A stretch of 64,000 bases of DNA from Lama glama. Taxonomy: Eukaryota. The stretch's first letter is position 1; each line of letters starts with the position of its first letter. The DNA lies in the NCBI GenBank assembly GCA_028534125.1, contig CM052818.1, forward strand, positions 19,098,001 through 19,162,000. Direction: 5' to 3'. The position numbers and the translations under genes were made by a program. Positions 13,046 through 25,240 of this stretch are shown in pieces. The notes under the pieces were generated by a model, which did not search any database, was not told the DNA's origin, and worked only from the letters and a program-made list of their open reading frames with translations.

Positions 13046-14169
13046 AATGTAAATTCTTCTTTTATCCTGCTGTTCCCTGATTCATGACCTTCATTGATGA
13101 TCTCTTATCTGGAGACTAAATCCCTGGCAATTGAATCCACACACTTTCTGTCCACATCATGAAATAATTCCTCCCATGTTTGGCATTATAGAGAAATACT
13201 AAAATGCAAAAGAAAGTGTTTCCACCTGAGTTCCAAAGAGTAAGAAAGACAAGAGCCCAGATGAAACAACAAGGAAGGCAGTGGGAGCCACTAGGAGGGT
13301 CCTGATGAAGGGAGCATTACACCCAGCAGGGAGGAATCCAAGACAGTCTCCTGGGGCACCAGAACCAAAGAGTAGGTAGATTTTTGACAGTTCAACATGG
13401 GATGAGGTGGTAGTGGAGGGGTGGGGAGAGCATGAGGGCATGGGAAAAGGGCATTCCTGATCCCAAAGGCAAAAGTATTCAGGATAAAGTTTGGGGGCTG
13501 TTTGGCTGAAACAAAGGCCACATGGAGGGAACAGAGCTTGTCCAGGGAGTGGCTCTCATCACCAGGGTGGGCTCCAGAAGGACTCACTCAGGGGTGGGTT
13601 CCCCCAGGGCTTCTGAGGCGGCAGCTGGGGGATAGGTCTTACCAGCACTCCAGCTGCCACAGCCTAAGCAGGGGGTGAGGGAAAGGAGCAAGTAGGAATG
13701 TTTTAGACTTTCCTCACCTCTCTGATGTTTCCCAAATCCCATACCTAGTAGGAGCTTGGTCCAAGGGGGCATCTCAATCCACCAGCCTTCAGCAAGATAC
13801 TCCCACCCTCTCTCCTTCCAGTAGACGGGGACCTGTGGATCTCTCAACCACAGGACAGATAGACATTTCTTAGGCATCATCTACTTGGAAGATAGCACAT
13901 GAAGCATCATGAGGGATACCCAAGGATAGAGGACACAGACCTCTAGTAATTAAGTGCCCATAAGAGAGAGCATCCACAGAGACAGATCACGCCAGGGAGT
14001 GGTGAATCAGGTGAAGACAGGAAGCATCTAGTCTCAACTTTTCAAGGGACCATATAAATTACTGTCCAAACCAGGCAACTGAAAGGGGGAGCTATTAATA
14101 AATAAGCTACAATACATGCATGAACAGGGGCTGCCCCAGGCCAGTCAGGATAGTGGTCATCCTACCCAT

Positions 14170-14620
14170 ATGATTCTTATGATTCCAAAATTTCTATCTC
14201 CAGACCATCCTTGGTCCTGAGCTCTAGATCTGTAATCAGTTGCTTACCAGGTATTTCCATCTGGAAATCCTATGGGCTACTCAAACACAGTGCACCAAAA
14301 CTGAAGTCAGCATCTCCCCTCCTCCCCTACCCCTCACCACTGGCTTTTCCGCCTTCTGTGCAGCACTGGTCTCTACTGGCATGTTCCAAGCCAGACCCTG
14401 GGAGTTGTCCTGGATTGTTCCCTGCCTCACCAGACCCAGGCAGTCACCTCAAGAACTATTGGTTCTCTCTTCTCCCATCCCCTCCTACCTACCCTTACCC
14501 TGAACCACTTTAACAGCCTCCTAACTGGTCTTCCTATTCCATCCTTCCATTTGTACCTTTCAAGTCCATGTTCATCATGGCAGCAGAGAGATCTTAAAAA
14601 TACACAAAACCTTCGTGGCT
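14170..14620 (+). mobile_element. L2 fragment
   Basis: tccaaaatttctatctccag, aacagcctcctaactggtct, gcagcagagagatctt. Confidence 0.6.
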
Positions 14621-16069
14621 CCCCTTACACTCTGATACTTAGGGGTGGGAGGTGAGACATTTTGGGTCCTCCCCATCCTGCCCCAGTGCTCATGTGTCCA
14701 GCTTCACCTCCACTTGTCATCCCATTTCCTGTGGGCCAGCTCTGTGGAAGCTCCCTGCTGCCGCCCTCCAAGCCCTGACACATGCTGCTCTCTGCCTAGG
14801 GGGGCCATTCTGCCTCTGGTTCGCCTCCACCCACCAGATGGACCTCAGGTAGCACCCGCTGTACAAGTCACCCTGCCGTTTAAGGACTGGCCTTCCTGCC
14901 CCTGCAGCCATTCACTCACTGCCGATGCTGCAGGTTTAGAAATACATAGAACAACATACAGAGATAAAAAAAAATATGGTGAAAATGCAATCAATCAAGC
15001 CATCTAGGTGAAGGGTTTGGGGTGTTGATTGTACCATCTTACAACTTCTCTGTGGGCTTTAAGTTTTTCAAAATAGAAAACTAGATTTTAAAAACTGAAT
15101 AGAATATGGACCTGAATAGAAACTCATTCAAACATAAATTTCCTGTGACCTGACTTGAGAGAGACTAGTATCCACTGAAATTCAGGGCCACAGTTTTGCT
15201 GTTAAAGTTCTCACATTTATCAGTAAATTTGTTGCATTTATATTTAAACCCATATATGTTTAATTGGCTGAGGGGGGATCAGGAAAAAAACTGGTAAGTG
15301 GATAAAATAAAATAAAATCATCCACAATCTCACCACCCAGAGATAACAGTTAAAACTATTTCAGAACATGTTTTCCTGGTAATTTTTGTGTGTAGATATA
15401 TTTTAAAATACAAAATGAGTTATGTTACACACAGCTTTATAACTCATTCTTTTTACTCCACAATATATTGCAAATGACTTTTCATATTGATAAATACATT
15501 GGCATTTTAATAGCTGCACTGCATTCTATGGAATAGATGCCCCATAATTTATGTAACCCCATGATCCTTCCCCTAAACACAGGAACAAGAGTCCCAACTC
15601 TCTGATTCTGACACCCCTTATGACTCTAACCCAAAGAGGGGGTTCAAAGTCAACGCTGGCCCTTTGTTTAGGGAAGTGACACGTTGCTATTCGGGCTTCA
15701 AAGGAAAAAATGTTTCCTGACAGGTTAGAATTAACTGGGAAAATCACCTCGACTCAAATGCGACGAGCATTTTAATCAGTAGAGTTCAATCTTCTTGGCA
15801 GCTCCACTCAGAGAGGCCAATCGAACTTCAGGCCACACCTGGCAAGGTTGAGAGGAGCTAAAAATAGGCCCAGAACTAAGCATCCAGACTCTTTGGAATT
15901 CATAGGCATAAAGGCTGCCCCAGAAGGACTTGCCGCTCCAACATTTTCCACTTGCGGCATGTCATGGTGCCTGAAATTCCTAAGGGTTAAGGTTTTCTAA
16001 GAGGCTCCTGTCAGAAAGTAGACAGCTATCCTGGGAGGAGGGCAGAGTGAGTCCCTGTCGGGATCTAGT

Positions 16070-16250
16070 GGAGAAAATCAAGGATTTGGGGGTCATATTC
16101 CAGTCCTCTGCCCATCACCAGCTGTGTGACCTTGGGTCAAGTCCTCAGCCTGAGTTTCTGTGTCCTCAACTGTAACAAGGGGATAAAAGGCCACATCTAC
16201 CTGTTGCGAAGGTAAAATGGGATGGTGCCTGGAATAGGAGGTGAATGCTG
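16070..16250 (+). mobile_element. MIR SINE
   Basis: agctgtgtgaccttgg...ctcagcctgagtttc core. Confidence 0.6.
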
Positions 16251-16925
16251 CTTATTGTTATTACTGGACTTGAATTTGTTTCTCAGATTGCCAGGTATGG
16301 CTTTAGGAGAGCTGAGTTTTCTCGGCATTGGTGGTGAGCACAAGAGAAGCATGGCAGAGACCCCACGCATGATACATGGCAAAGGCAATAGGGCTGCACA
16401 TTCAGGGCCACCTGGGCCTTTTGGGCAGGCTGGACACACGCTGGAATGGCACAGGGACACCTCACTCATTGTCATACCCTCAGCATTCAAAAACTTAACC
16501 TTCAGAACATCAAGCGCCCTCCAGTTGATTCTGAAGGTTCGTTACCTGTGAAAATTTCTGTTTTGCTGAGGCACTCACTTGGACCACATGGACTCAGTAA
16601 GGAAGCATGTCTTGTAGATTTCCCAGGGTCCCTAACAAGGCTTTGCAACAGAGATGCTGAAAGCCTGGAATAGGATCCAGGTCTATTGACCACCAGGCCC
16701 TGACTCCAGGCCTGACCTCTGCCCAAGATCCCAGGGGGGCTCATCACATATCCCCTTGCCCTGATTGTGACCGCACCCCGTCTAGGGTTTCTGGGAGTGC
16801 AGAAATGAATGGGACGGACTTGGGAAGGATGACTGATGGGCCATATTGGCACCATCGACTGGCAGGGCACAGACAATGTCACTGCTCTTTAAATGGGTGC
16901 CCTGCAGTGAGGTGGCTTCCCCTTC

Positions 16926-17380
16926 TGTCTTAGTTTCCTAGGTTGGCTGTAATACAGTGCCACAAACTGGTGGCAGAAAACAACAAAAGTGTATTGTCTC
17001 ACAGTTCTGGAGGCCAAAATTCTGACACCAAGGTGCTGACTGGGCCCTGCTCTCTCTCTCCAAAACCTGTTGGGGAGAATCCTCCCTTCCCTCTTCCAGC
17101 TTCTGGGGTTTGCCAGCACTCCTTGGTACTCAGTAGCTTTTAGATGCGTCCCTCCAATCTCTGCCTCCATTGTCACCTGATTGCCTACTATCTGAGTGAC
17201 CCTGTTCTCTTACAGACACCTGTCATGTTGGATGAAGGGGCCACACTACTTCAGTCTGACCTCACCTGAACTGATTACATCTGCAACAACCCTGTTTCCA
17301 AATAAGGTCATGTTCTGAGGTACTGAGGGTTAGTACTTCAACATATCATTTTGAGGGGACTTAACTGAACCCACAATAAC
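16926..17380 (-). mobile_element. MaLR solo LTR (MLT1C-like)
   Basis: tgtcttagtttcct...tattgtctcacagttctggaggcca...ccctgtttccaaataaggtca..ttctgaggtactg. Confidence 0.85.
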
Positions 17381-20080
17381 CTCTAAATCCATCTTGAGAT
17401 GAGCATTTTCTCTTTAGTGCCTGAACTCAGCTCAGAGCAACATCAAACTTCCTCTCCACAGCCAGGAGAGGGGACTTCAGGACAGACCCTAGTGAACTCT
17501 GGCCTGTTCCCCGCAGCTGTTGGAAGACACATCAGGGACGGGAGATGGAAGACAGACTCAGTGACATGGCTTTAGGTGCACACCTCACCTTCCCTTCTCA
17601 GTGATCGTCGTGACCCAAACCATTACTGTGCCTGTTAGTGTACCCAGGGTGCTGAGGCCCCAAAGTCGCAGGGTCTGCCTCCCAGACACTTCCAGGCCCC
17701 GTCAAACAGGGAGTGAAGAAACAAACCAGAGAGAAGCTCCCCACCACCCCACGCACCTTTTACCACCACCTTCTCCTGCCTCAGGTCATTCCAGCTCAGG
17801 CAGGATAGGTGGCTAGAGGAGTGGCTTGAAGGGGACTGAGCCCCTGCTTCCTGCCCCTGGGACATCCGGCTGCCCCTGGTGGCCTGCCAGTGCAAGAGGC
17901 AGGCAGGGACTTTCTGATCCAATTGCTCAGGTCCATTTGAAAGGGAAAAGTGATGACAAAGCTCTCTGCACATTTCTTAATACATTTTAAAATCCTTAAC
18001 AAAATAAACCTCAGGGCCTGAGTAAATTGGCTTCCAGATGCTGGCCAAGGAGCAAGCTGGGTGGAAAGTATGGGGAGTTGGAGGGAGGATGGGTCAGTGA
18101 CCAGGGTGAAAGAACAGCCTCTCCCTTCACCCAGTGCTTCTTAATGAGGTGCCTCTGCGGACAGTCTGGGAACCCAGAGCTCCCGGAGCCCCCAGACAGG
18201 AAGGGAGGGGTCTTCTTCCTCACTGCTCTTGGTCCCCTTCCCCAGAAGCAGCACCAGGACAAAGGCTGTTGGCAAACCCCGTCCCTCATAACTTCTGAGA
18301 TGGAGTAGAACAAACACTTGAGCCCGGCCCCCTCCTTCACCCGCTCAGGGAGAGGCTAGCCTTGATATCAGCCCCAGTGAGGTGGGTCATCTCGGAGACC
18401 AAAGGACAGTCACTGACACAGCCCTGTTTGGAGCAGAATTGAAGGAGGTCTTTGCCAACCTCCATGCATAGCCTGCTTTGCAGTGACTGACATCTGAGGT
18501 GTTCGGAGGAAATTTCCCTCCCGACATTTTCCCCTCAGTGATTTCCGCAACTCAGCAATGTCTTCTCTAACAGGCTGGGGGGTGAGTTTTCTTTCCCTAT
18601 GGGCACCCTCCCCTGTGAGTGACCCAGCAGTGGTCAGGACTGTAGTTTTGTGTGTCCCTCGTCAGCCCCTGATCTGCCCACAGGACACCTAGTGGAGATG
18701 CTCGATTTCAACTCAGGGAGAAGGCAGGGCTGAAGATGGAAAAGCCAGAGTTTAGGGGTAGGATTTACAGACCAAGAAGTTCTACAATTTGGCCTTAGAT
18801 AGGAACAGGGACAGTTTTTCCATTGTGACAGAAGTGAGGGGCAGGTGGACACTGGTGGCATTGGGGATAGGTCAATGAAGTTCTCTCTAACAGTTTGTTT
18901 TCTCCATGAAAGATGAGGGGGAGAGAGAACAAGGGTGTGAAGGCAGGCAGGACAGGGCCTCCCTAGGAAGCTGATGGTGTTGAGTGCACACAGGAGGTTC
19001 AGGGTCATGAACAAAATGAGGCAGCACTGTCAGCCCAGACACAAGCTCCTCTACAGCAGCATTCAGCCTCCCCAGCACAGCGACATGAAGGAGCCAGGGT
19101 TTAACAGAGGAGGGAGGGAGGTCAGGAAGTGAAGGGTCATCACAACAAAGGCATGGCAAGATGGACCATGGATGCTAAGCTGGGTAAGGGGAAGGTGGGG
19201 GACAGCACAGTCAGTAGGACACCATCCTGTGCCCTAGGCCTACTGGCAAGACTTCTTGGGACCACTGAGGAGAGAGTGCCCCATCCAGGTGCAATAAGCC
19301 GGTTCCTCACCTGAGCACTGTCAAGTCCACCCTCTAGGCCCTCTCCTTGGGGTCGGGAGGAGCCAGGTAAAAGTAGGCAACCACGTGTGCCGTGATCAAA
19401 TGGAAGTAATCTGTGGCTAATAATGAAAAAGTTAAGCTTGGAAATGATTGTCCTTTATTGAGCCTATTGAAGGTTATCTCTGTCGGGTCAATTTATCTCA
19501 CTTACACCTGGCTAAGCTTTCTTGGAGAAATACGAGAAATGCCTCGAGTTTCAGCCAGCACTATAGATGGTGGGCAAAATCAGCAGTGTAGCTCCGGGGG
19601 GTTTGTCCCCATGAATGGCAATGCTTCAGGGGTCTCTGCGCCCAGTAAATGGCTCATGATTGCTACTCTGGCTGCAGACCTCTGTGGCACCAGGACTTGG
19701 GGCCACACAAACTCATATTCAGAGGTTGTCATGGAGACAGCTGGCCATTCACCATCATTTCTTTTCCTCTTCTCCCAAAGTAGGAGTTATAGCCTGGCAT
19801 GACTACCCAGCGCCACACTGCTTGCCAGCATCCCTGTGGGGTGCATAATCCTGTGACTAAGTTTGAGAAACTTAGTGGGGTGGTGGAAGTGATGTGTGCC
19901 ATGTCCAGGTTGGTGTCTACATTCTTTTTCCAGTTTCCACAAACTGGAGCACAGAGAAGCCTGCAGCCTGGCTTCAGCTAAGGGCGAAGCTGAAGGAATG
20001 GCAAAAAAAATGAGATGGAAAGAATCTGGGCCCCTAAGGGCGGACAAGCTGCCTGCCAACCAGGAAAGTTCTTTTTCTAT

Positions 20081-20490
20081 TGTGCCTGAGGTCAGTTCAC
20101 TTGGAACTGACTGTGCCAGAGGCAGATGGCGGGTACACTCTCAGGATCCGCACCAGTCAGGTAAAGAGCGGACCCTGAACTGCAGCGAAGCTGGACGAGA
20201 GGTCTCTGATCCAGCGGGGAGGTCTGGAGCTGGGACAGCCCTTCAGAGTTGTCCCAGATGGAGACAAAGGGGCGAGACCTCTCTACTCCATACTACCAGT
20301 CCTTTGGGGATGCAGGCTGTCCCGGCAAGGGGGTGTAACTTGGGTGAGGTGGCTCCCTTTGGCCAAGGACAAGTCCCAGAGAGACTCAGCAGGGAGTCCT
20401 CAACAAGCTCCCTCCCTGCCACCAGCACTGGAGAAATGCTGCCTCAGTCCTAACGGCCGGATTTGGGTGCTGTCCTACAACACCCACTGC
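20081..20490 (-). mobile_element. ERVL LTR (LTR16-like)
   Basis: ctggagctgggacagcccttcagagttgtccc and ggtgtaacttgggtgaggtggctc resemble LTR16 motifs. Confidence 0.6.
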
Positions 20491-20650
20491 AGACTCTCAC
20501 TAAGGAAGGAAAGTCTGTGTTCTTTAAAGCCATTGCTTTATTGCTAGGTCTTTATCACAGCAGCCTCTCCTCACCCTCATGGGCTTGTTTACAAGGGCAC
20601 CCCCACCCTGCCCTCAACCAAAGAGAAACTCCCTGAGACACACACGAGGT

Positions 20651-20825
20651 CAGTGGTTTGCAAAGTGTGGTTCGCAGTCCAGCATCATCAGCGTCCCCCA
20701 GAAATTGTTTTAACTGCGGATCTCATGCCTCATCCCAGACCTACTGAGTCAGAAACTGGGGATGGGGCCCAGCGATCGGTGTTCAACAAGCCTTCTAATG
20801 CACACCAAAGACTGAGAACCACTGC
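20651..20825. mobile_element. MER5A MITE
   Basis: Inverted ends cagtggtttgcaaagtgtgg ... gagaaccactg; internal cccagacctactgagtcagaaact. Confidence 0.8.
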
Positions 20826-21039
20826 TGTTTCTTCCCTCTAGACTCAGAGCACCAACTACCATGCAGAGAACACGACAACCTGAATGGTGACTTGGAAGTC
20901 TCTGCTTGAAGTCCTGGGCTGTACATTAAGGTATCTGGGTCCCCCCACTTCCCCTCTGACACCATCAGCCTGGCTCTCCTCTGCCCTGGGGAAGGAGTGT
21001 GGGGCAGAGGGATCCTCACAGCTTCGGGGCCAATCTTCG

Positions 21040-21220
21040 GGGCCAGTTTCAACTGCTGGCTGACTGACCTTAGACAAATGGCTTGCTGGGACTCAGTTTC
21101 CTCATCTATACAATGGGGATAAGACCCACCCTACTTAGTTATTGTGAGACCAACATGAGAGAACACACCTTAGTGTCTAACACTGCCTGGCTCCTGGCAC
21201 TCATTCCATAACTGTTACCT
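21040..21220 (+). mobile_element. MIR SINE
   Basis: ctcagtttcctcatctatacaatggggataa core. Confidence 0.7.
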
Positions 21221-23480
21221 CCGGTTCTTCAATATCCTCCAAGGACCACCTGCTTTATTTTAATAAAGATTTCAAAGAACACAGTCTAGAGCTCATTCAC
21301 AGGGAAAGGTAAATTACCAGTGACTAAAGTACTGTGACCCTCCCAGGGGAATTTGCTGCCCAAGGATCAGATTACAACTTTATTTTTTTAGTGATGGGTG
21401 GTGGGGAGGGGAGGGGAGGGGAGGCTTCCTTTCCAGCTCCTGAAATCATTCTTCTCTGGGGCTCTGCCTTGTCTGGACTCATGGTATCCCTTCCCCAAAG
21501 GCCTCTGACCTTGAGGAGACTTCGCTCTAACAAAAGTGCCCCCTTTCACAGACAGCTGAGCAAACCAGCTGGGCTTCAAGTGGTGGAGCTTGGAGTTGTC
21601 AAATGAGCTCCCAGTGCCCCATTTGGATCAGAGCGGAGATCCTTTCCAGACCTGCTTCTTTCATCTGAAAGTTGAAAATCATCCCCAAGACATCTCATGG
21701 CCCAAATATCAGGGTTCTCCAAGGACAGCCCGACTCCAAGACGGAGAAAGTAAGGAATTTCAGAGACACCAGGGAGACTCCCTGCTCCCAAAAACCTCCT
21801 CTAACCTGCTAGTTGGGGGTACTGGGGAGGGTTGCTGGTAGTCCTCTAACCCCGGGGCCAGCACCTTCCACTCTGCAGTAGGAGAGCAGACATCTAAAGA
21901 AGGGCCGAGTGGCTTCCATCTGCATCCAAGATGAAGTGACTGACAGTAAGCCTTTCCTGAGAGCTAGTCCTGGTGGGTGGAAGCTCTGGGCAGCTAAAGA
22001 GGGAGTGTGCTCATCTCAAACCAGCCACAGACTCTCGTTCACCAATCACACTTAGAATGAGGCTGGCATTTTAGCCCAACTCTTGCTTTTCCCTGAGGTC
22101 TCCATTAATTCTGCAAGCTAACTTTCTGCATTCTGTGCCAGTGGCCAGTTACAGGAGGAATCCATTCCCATCACCATATCCACAGTCTGTGCCCCTCTAC
22201 AGCCCTGCTCTGGGAGGCTGCATGTTTGAGAGGTTCAAGGCATGCATCAGGGGAGTCAGGACTTGCAGTGTCTGTCTCCAGGACAACCCAGTGGTCAGTA
22301 GGGATCACTCAACTCTGTTCTGTCTTTAAGATCCTGCAGAGATCTTGTGTTTAACGCTCCAAGGCAGAAAACCGGGGAACCTGGTGCTGAGTCAGCGCCA
22401 GTTGTGACCATCAATATTAGAACACAGAGTTCTGGAACTCACCAAGCTTTCTCTCACAGCTCATCTGTCCTCACCTCTGTGAGGAAAGGAAGGCAGACTT
22501 GGACGGGAAGCAGGCTCATAGAGGCTGAGGGGTTTGCCCCAGGTACACAGCTAGCAAGGGGTGAGTTGGGGCTAGTTTCCAGATCTTCCATCTCCAAATC
22601 TGGTACATTTTCCATTGCTGAAGGAACAGTTCTAGCGGCAAAGCCTAGAGCAGGTCTGCTCACTCCCATGCCATCTGCCAAAGAGGAAAGAGGGAGGTCT
22701 GGGCTGAACCCCACCCTGGAATCCAATGGAAGAGTCTACTGTATTTCCCCAGTGCTGACAATCATCCTTCCACTCTGATGCTGCCCAGATTTTTTTGGAT
22801 TTTACAATAGCTTTCTCTTGTGGTTTGGGATTGCCTGTTACTTTTCCAAGGAGACAGCGGCCTGGGATTAGATGAGTGATCTTCCCAGAGAAGGAACTTT
22901 GTGTATTAGAACTTTTCTCCATTCAAGACTCCAGGATGAATCAGGAGAGGGTCTTAAGTTAGAAGAGGAAAACAGAATCTAGCCATGAAGGTCACAGCCA
23001 CAGGCCTGGGACTTTAGAGAGCCGGACACTTTGTGGCCTCTAGAGACAAGACTGAATGTTTACCTAACATCACATGAGTGTTACTGCCCTGCCTCAGTCC
23101 TCCTGGAAGCGGATGCGGGGTGTGGCTGGCCTGTTGGATGGGCAAGCACAAGTGGCACAGCTGACCCCTAAGAGTTCCCACCAGTGTGTGTGTCTCTTCG
23201 GACCAGTCTGGTTCCAGCTGCATTGAGGAAGCTGAGGCACTGTTGCAGGCTCTTCTCTCTGTGATGCCAGAACCCGAGTCAGACTGACTCCTTCAGAGAC
23301 TGCTTTACAGAGCAAAGGATGTCTGCTCCATCCGGGAATGGCATCTCACACGCTCCCTGCTTCCCTGGGATCCCTCAGGGAATTCTCCTCCTTTGTTTGA
23401 GCTGCACTGTGGTGGCAGGAGAGGTCTAAGTATCTGTGAAGGTTTGGCAGTAAGAGAAAAACATCCAGGTTTGATGTATC

Positions 23481-23536
23481 AAAAAAAAAAAAAAAAAAAA
23501 CAAAACAAAAACCAAAAAAAGCAAAAACAAAAAAAC
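23481..23536. repeat. Poly-A / (CAAAA)n low-complexity tract
   Basis: A20 run followed by CAAAA-like units. Confidence 0.9.
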
Positions 23537-24366
23537 ACCTTATCTTAGAGTGGAAAAGGCCACTCCATGACACCATCCTAACAAATATAGCAGACAGTCT
23601 TGCTGGTGTCGGCAGGTGAGGAGCATGTTCTGTAATAATTTCGTGACTACCTCCTATGAACATCTTTGCTTATCCTTAGAGCAAAGATTTTCCCCGTTGT
23701 TTTCTCAGAGAAGCTAGTTCACCGCACCCAAAGCACAACAGTCTTAGCAGCCCAATAAAGATCTTGGAATACATTGTAATGGCTGTTATCAAAACCTTAC
23801 TTAGACAACATGTTCAGTGGGTAAAGACTTGCTCCTTTTGTACGCATACTGGACTACGTGCAGAAGCAAAGCGGTTAATTTCCAGTCTTTATTGGGTCAA
23901 AATGAGTCATGGATGAGTAACAGCGTGATTCAGGGAAGGGCCACTTGTCCATCCCTGGAGTGTTCAGAGACTGTAAGAACTTGAGACATGGCTATGCCAG
24001 GTCAGGCCAACTCTTGGTTACAAATGAGCCTCTAGACGATCTTGGGTTCACATCTTTTGTCATTTAATGTTTCCTGAAAGACTGAGATGCCTGTGATCAC
24101 ATAAAGTAAGGGATACAGATGTGATTCACTTTGACTTCTGGATTATCAGTACTTTGCTTTATTATCCTGGGACAGAGACAGCTTATGTGCTTCCCAGAGC
24201 TCCTAGGCCTGACCTGAAGCACTTCTGGGCACCCCTTCGCCGACTCCCACGTGCCCACACCAGTGACCGCCTTAGGAAGACAGCCCTCAGGTCACTACTA
24301 TTCCCTGCTGGAAGCACCTGGGAGTTTGTATCCCCACGGGTAGCCGAGGACTGATTTGTGAAGAAG

Positions 24367-25240
24367 TGGGGCAGACTGTAGTTTCCCAAAATGGCCACAG
24401 CAATATCTCTGGCCCTGCATGCTCTTCTGGAACCTTGTTGCTGCCCCACCAAGAGGTGGAGTCTGTTTCCCCCACTTTGAAACTAAGTGGGCCTTTGTGA
24501 CTACCTCAACCCAGAATGTGGTCAAAGTGATGCTGTGTGATTTATGAGGCCATGAAAGGCAATGTTGCTTCTATCTGCCTCTCCCTGTCTAGACACATGG
24601 CTTTGGAACTCAGCCACCATGTTGTGAGGAAGCCCAGGCCACATGGGGAAGGGCTGGACGAACATGTTGCTCTCAGTCTAACTGCAGCTGGGATGAATCG
24701 TAAGAGAGTTGGGTGAGGAGGTCTCCAGGGCATGCCAGGCCCCAGCCTTCCAGCTGCTTCAGCTGACCCAAATGGAAAAGAGATGATCTATTTCCACCAA
24801 GTCCTGCCCAAACTGAAGACTCATGAGAAAAATGAGTGTTGTTGTTGTTTAAGCTGCCACATGAGTGCTTGGGGGTAGTTTCCTGTGTAGTAATAGACAC
24901 CTAATATGGATTGAGGTACGTGGAAGTATGATGCTACCATAATAATAAAGCTCCCCCGCCAATCGGCCTTTGGGACTGGGTGGCAGATGGAGGCTGAAGG
25001 GACCTTGAGGAAACGGCTAATGAGAAACTAAAGGGCTTCAAAGGGACAGTCAGGGCAAGCTGGGTGGCCATGGAGATCCACAGCAATATTTCCAGCCCCA
25101 CATGCTCCTCCAGAACCATGCCACTCCTCATGAAGAAGTGGAGCTTTATTTCTCCTCCCTTGCGAATTGGCAGGCCCTAACTTCGCCTGACTGAAGAGAG
25201 TGAAATTATTACTGTCATTGTTTTAAGCTGCTGTGCAGGA
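24367..25240 (+). mobile_element. Internally deleted MaLR (MLT1) element: LTR, short internal segment, partial second LTR
   Basis: LTR at about 24367-24905. MLT1-int-like start (ggtacgtggaagtatgatgct...ctttgggactggg). Second LTR head at about 25075 (cacagcaatat...catgctc..c.agaacc) repeats the sequence at 24395-24435. Confidence 0.7.
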
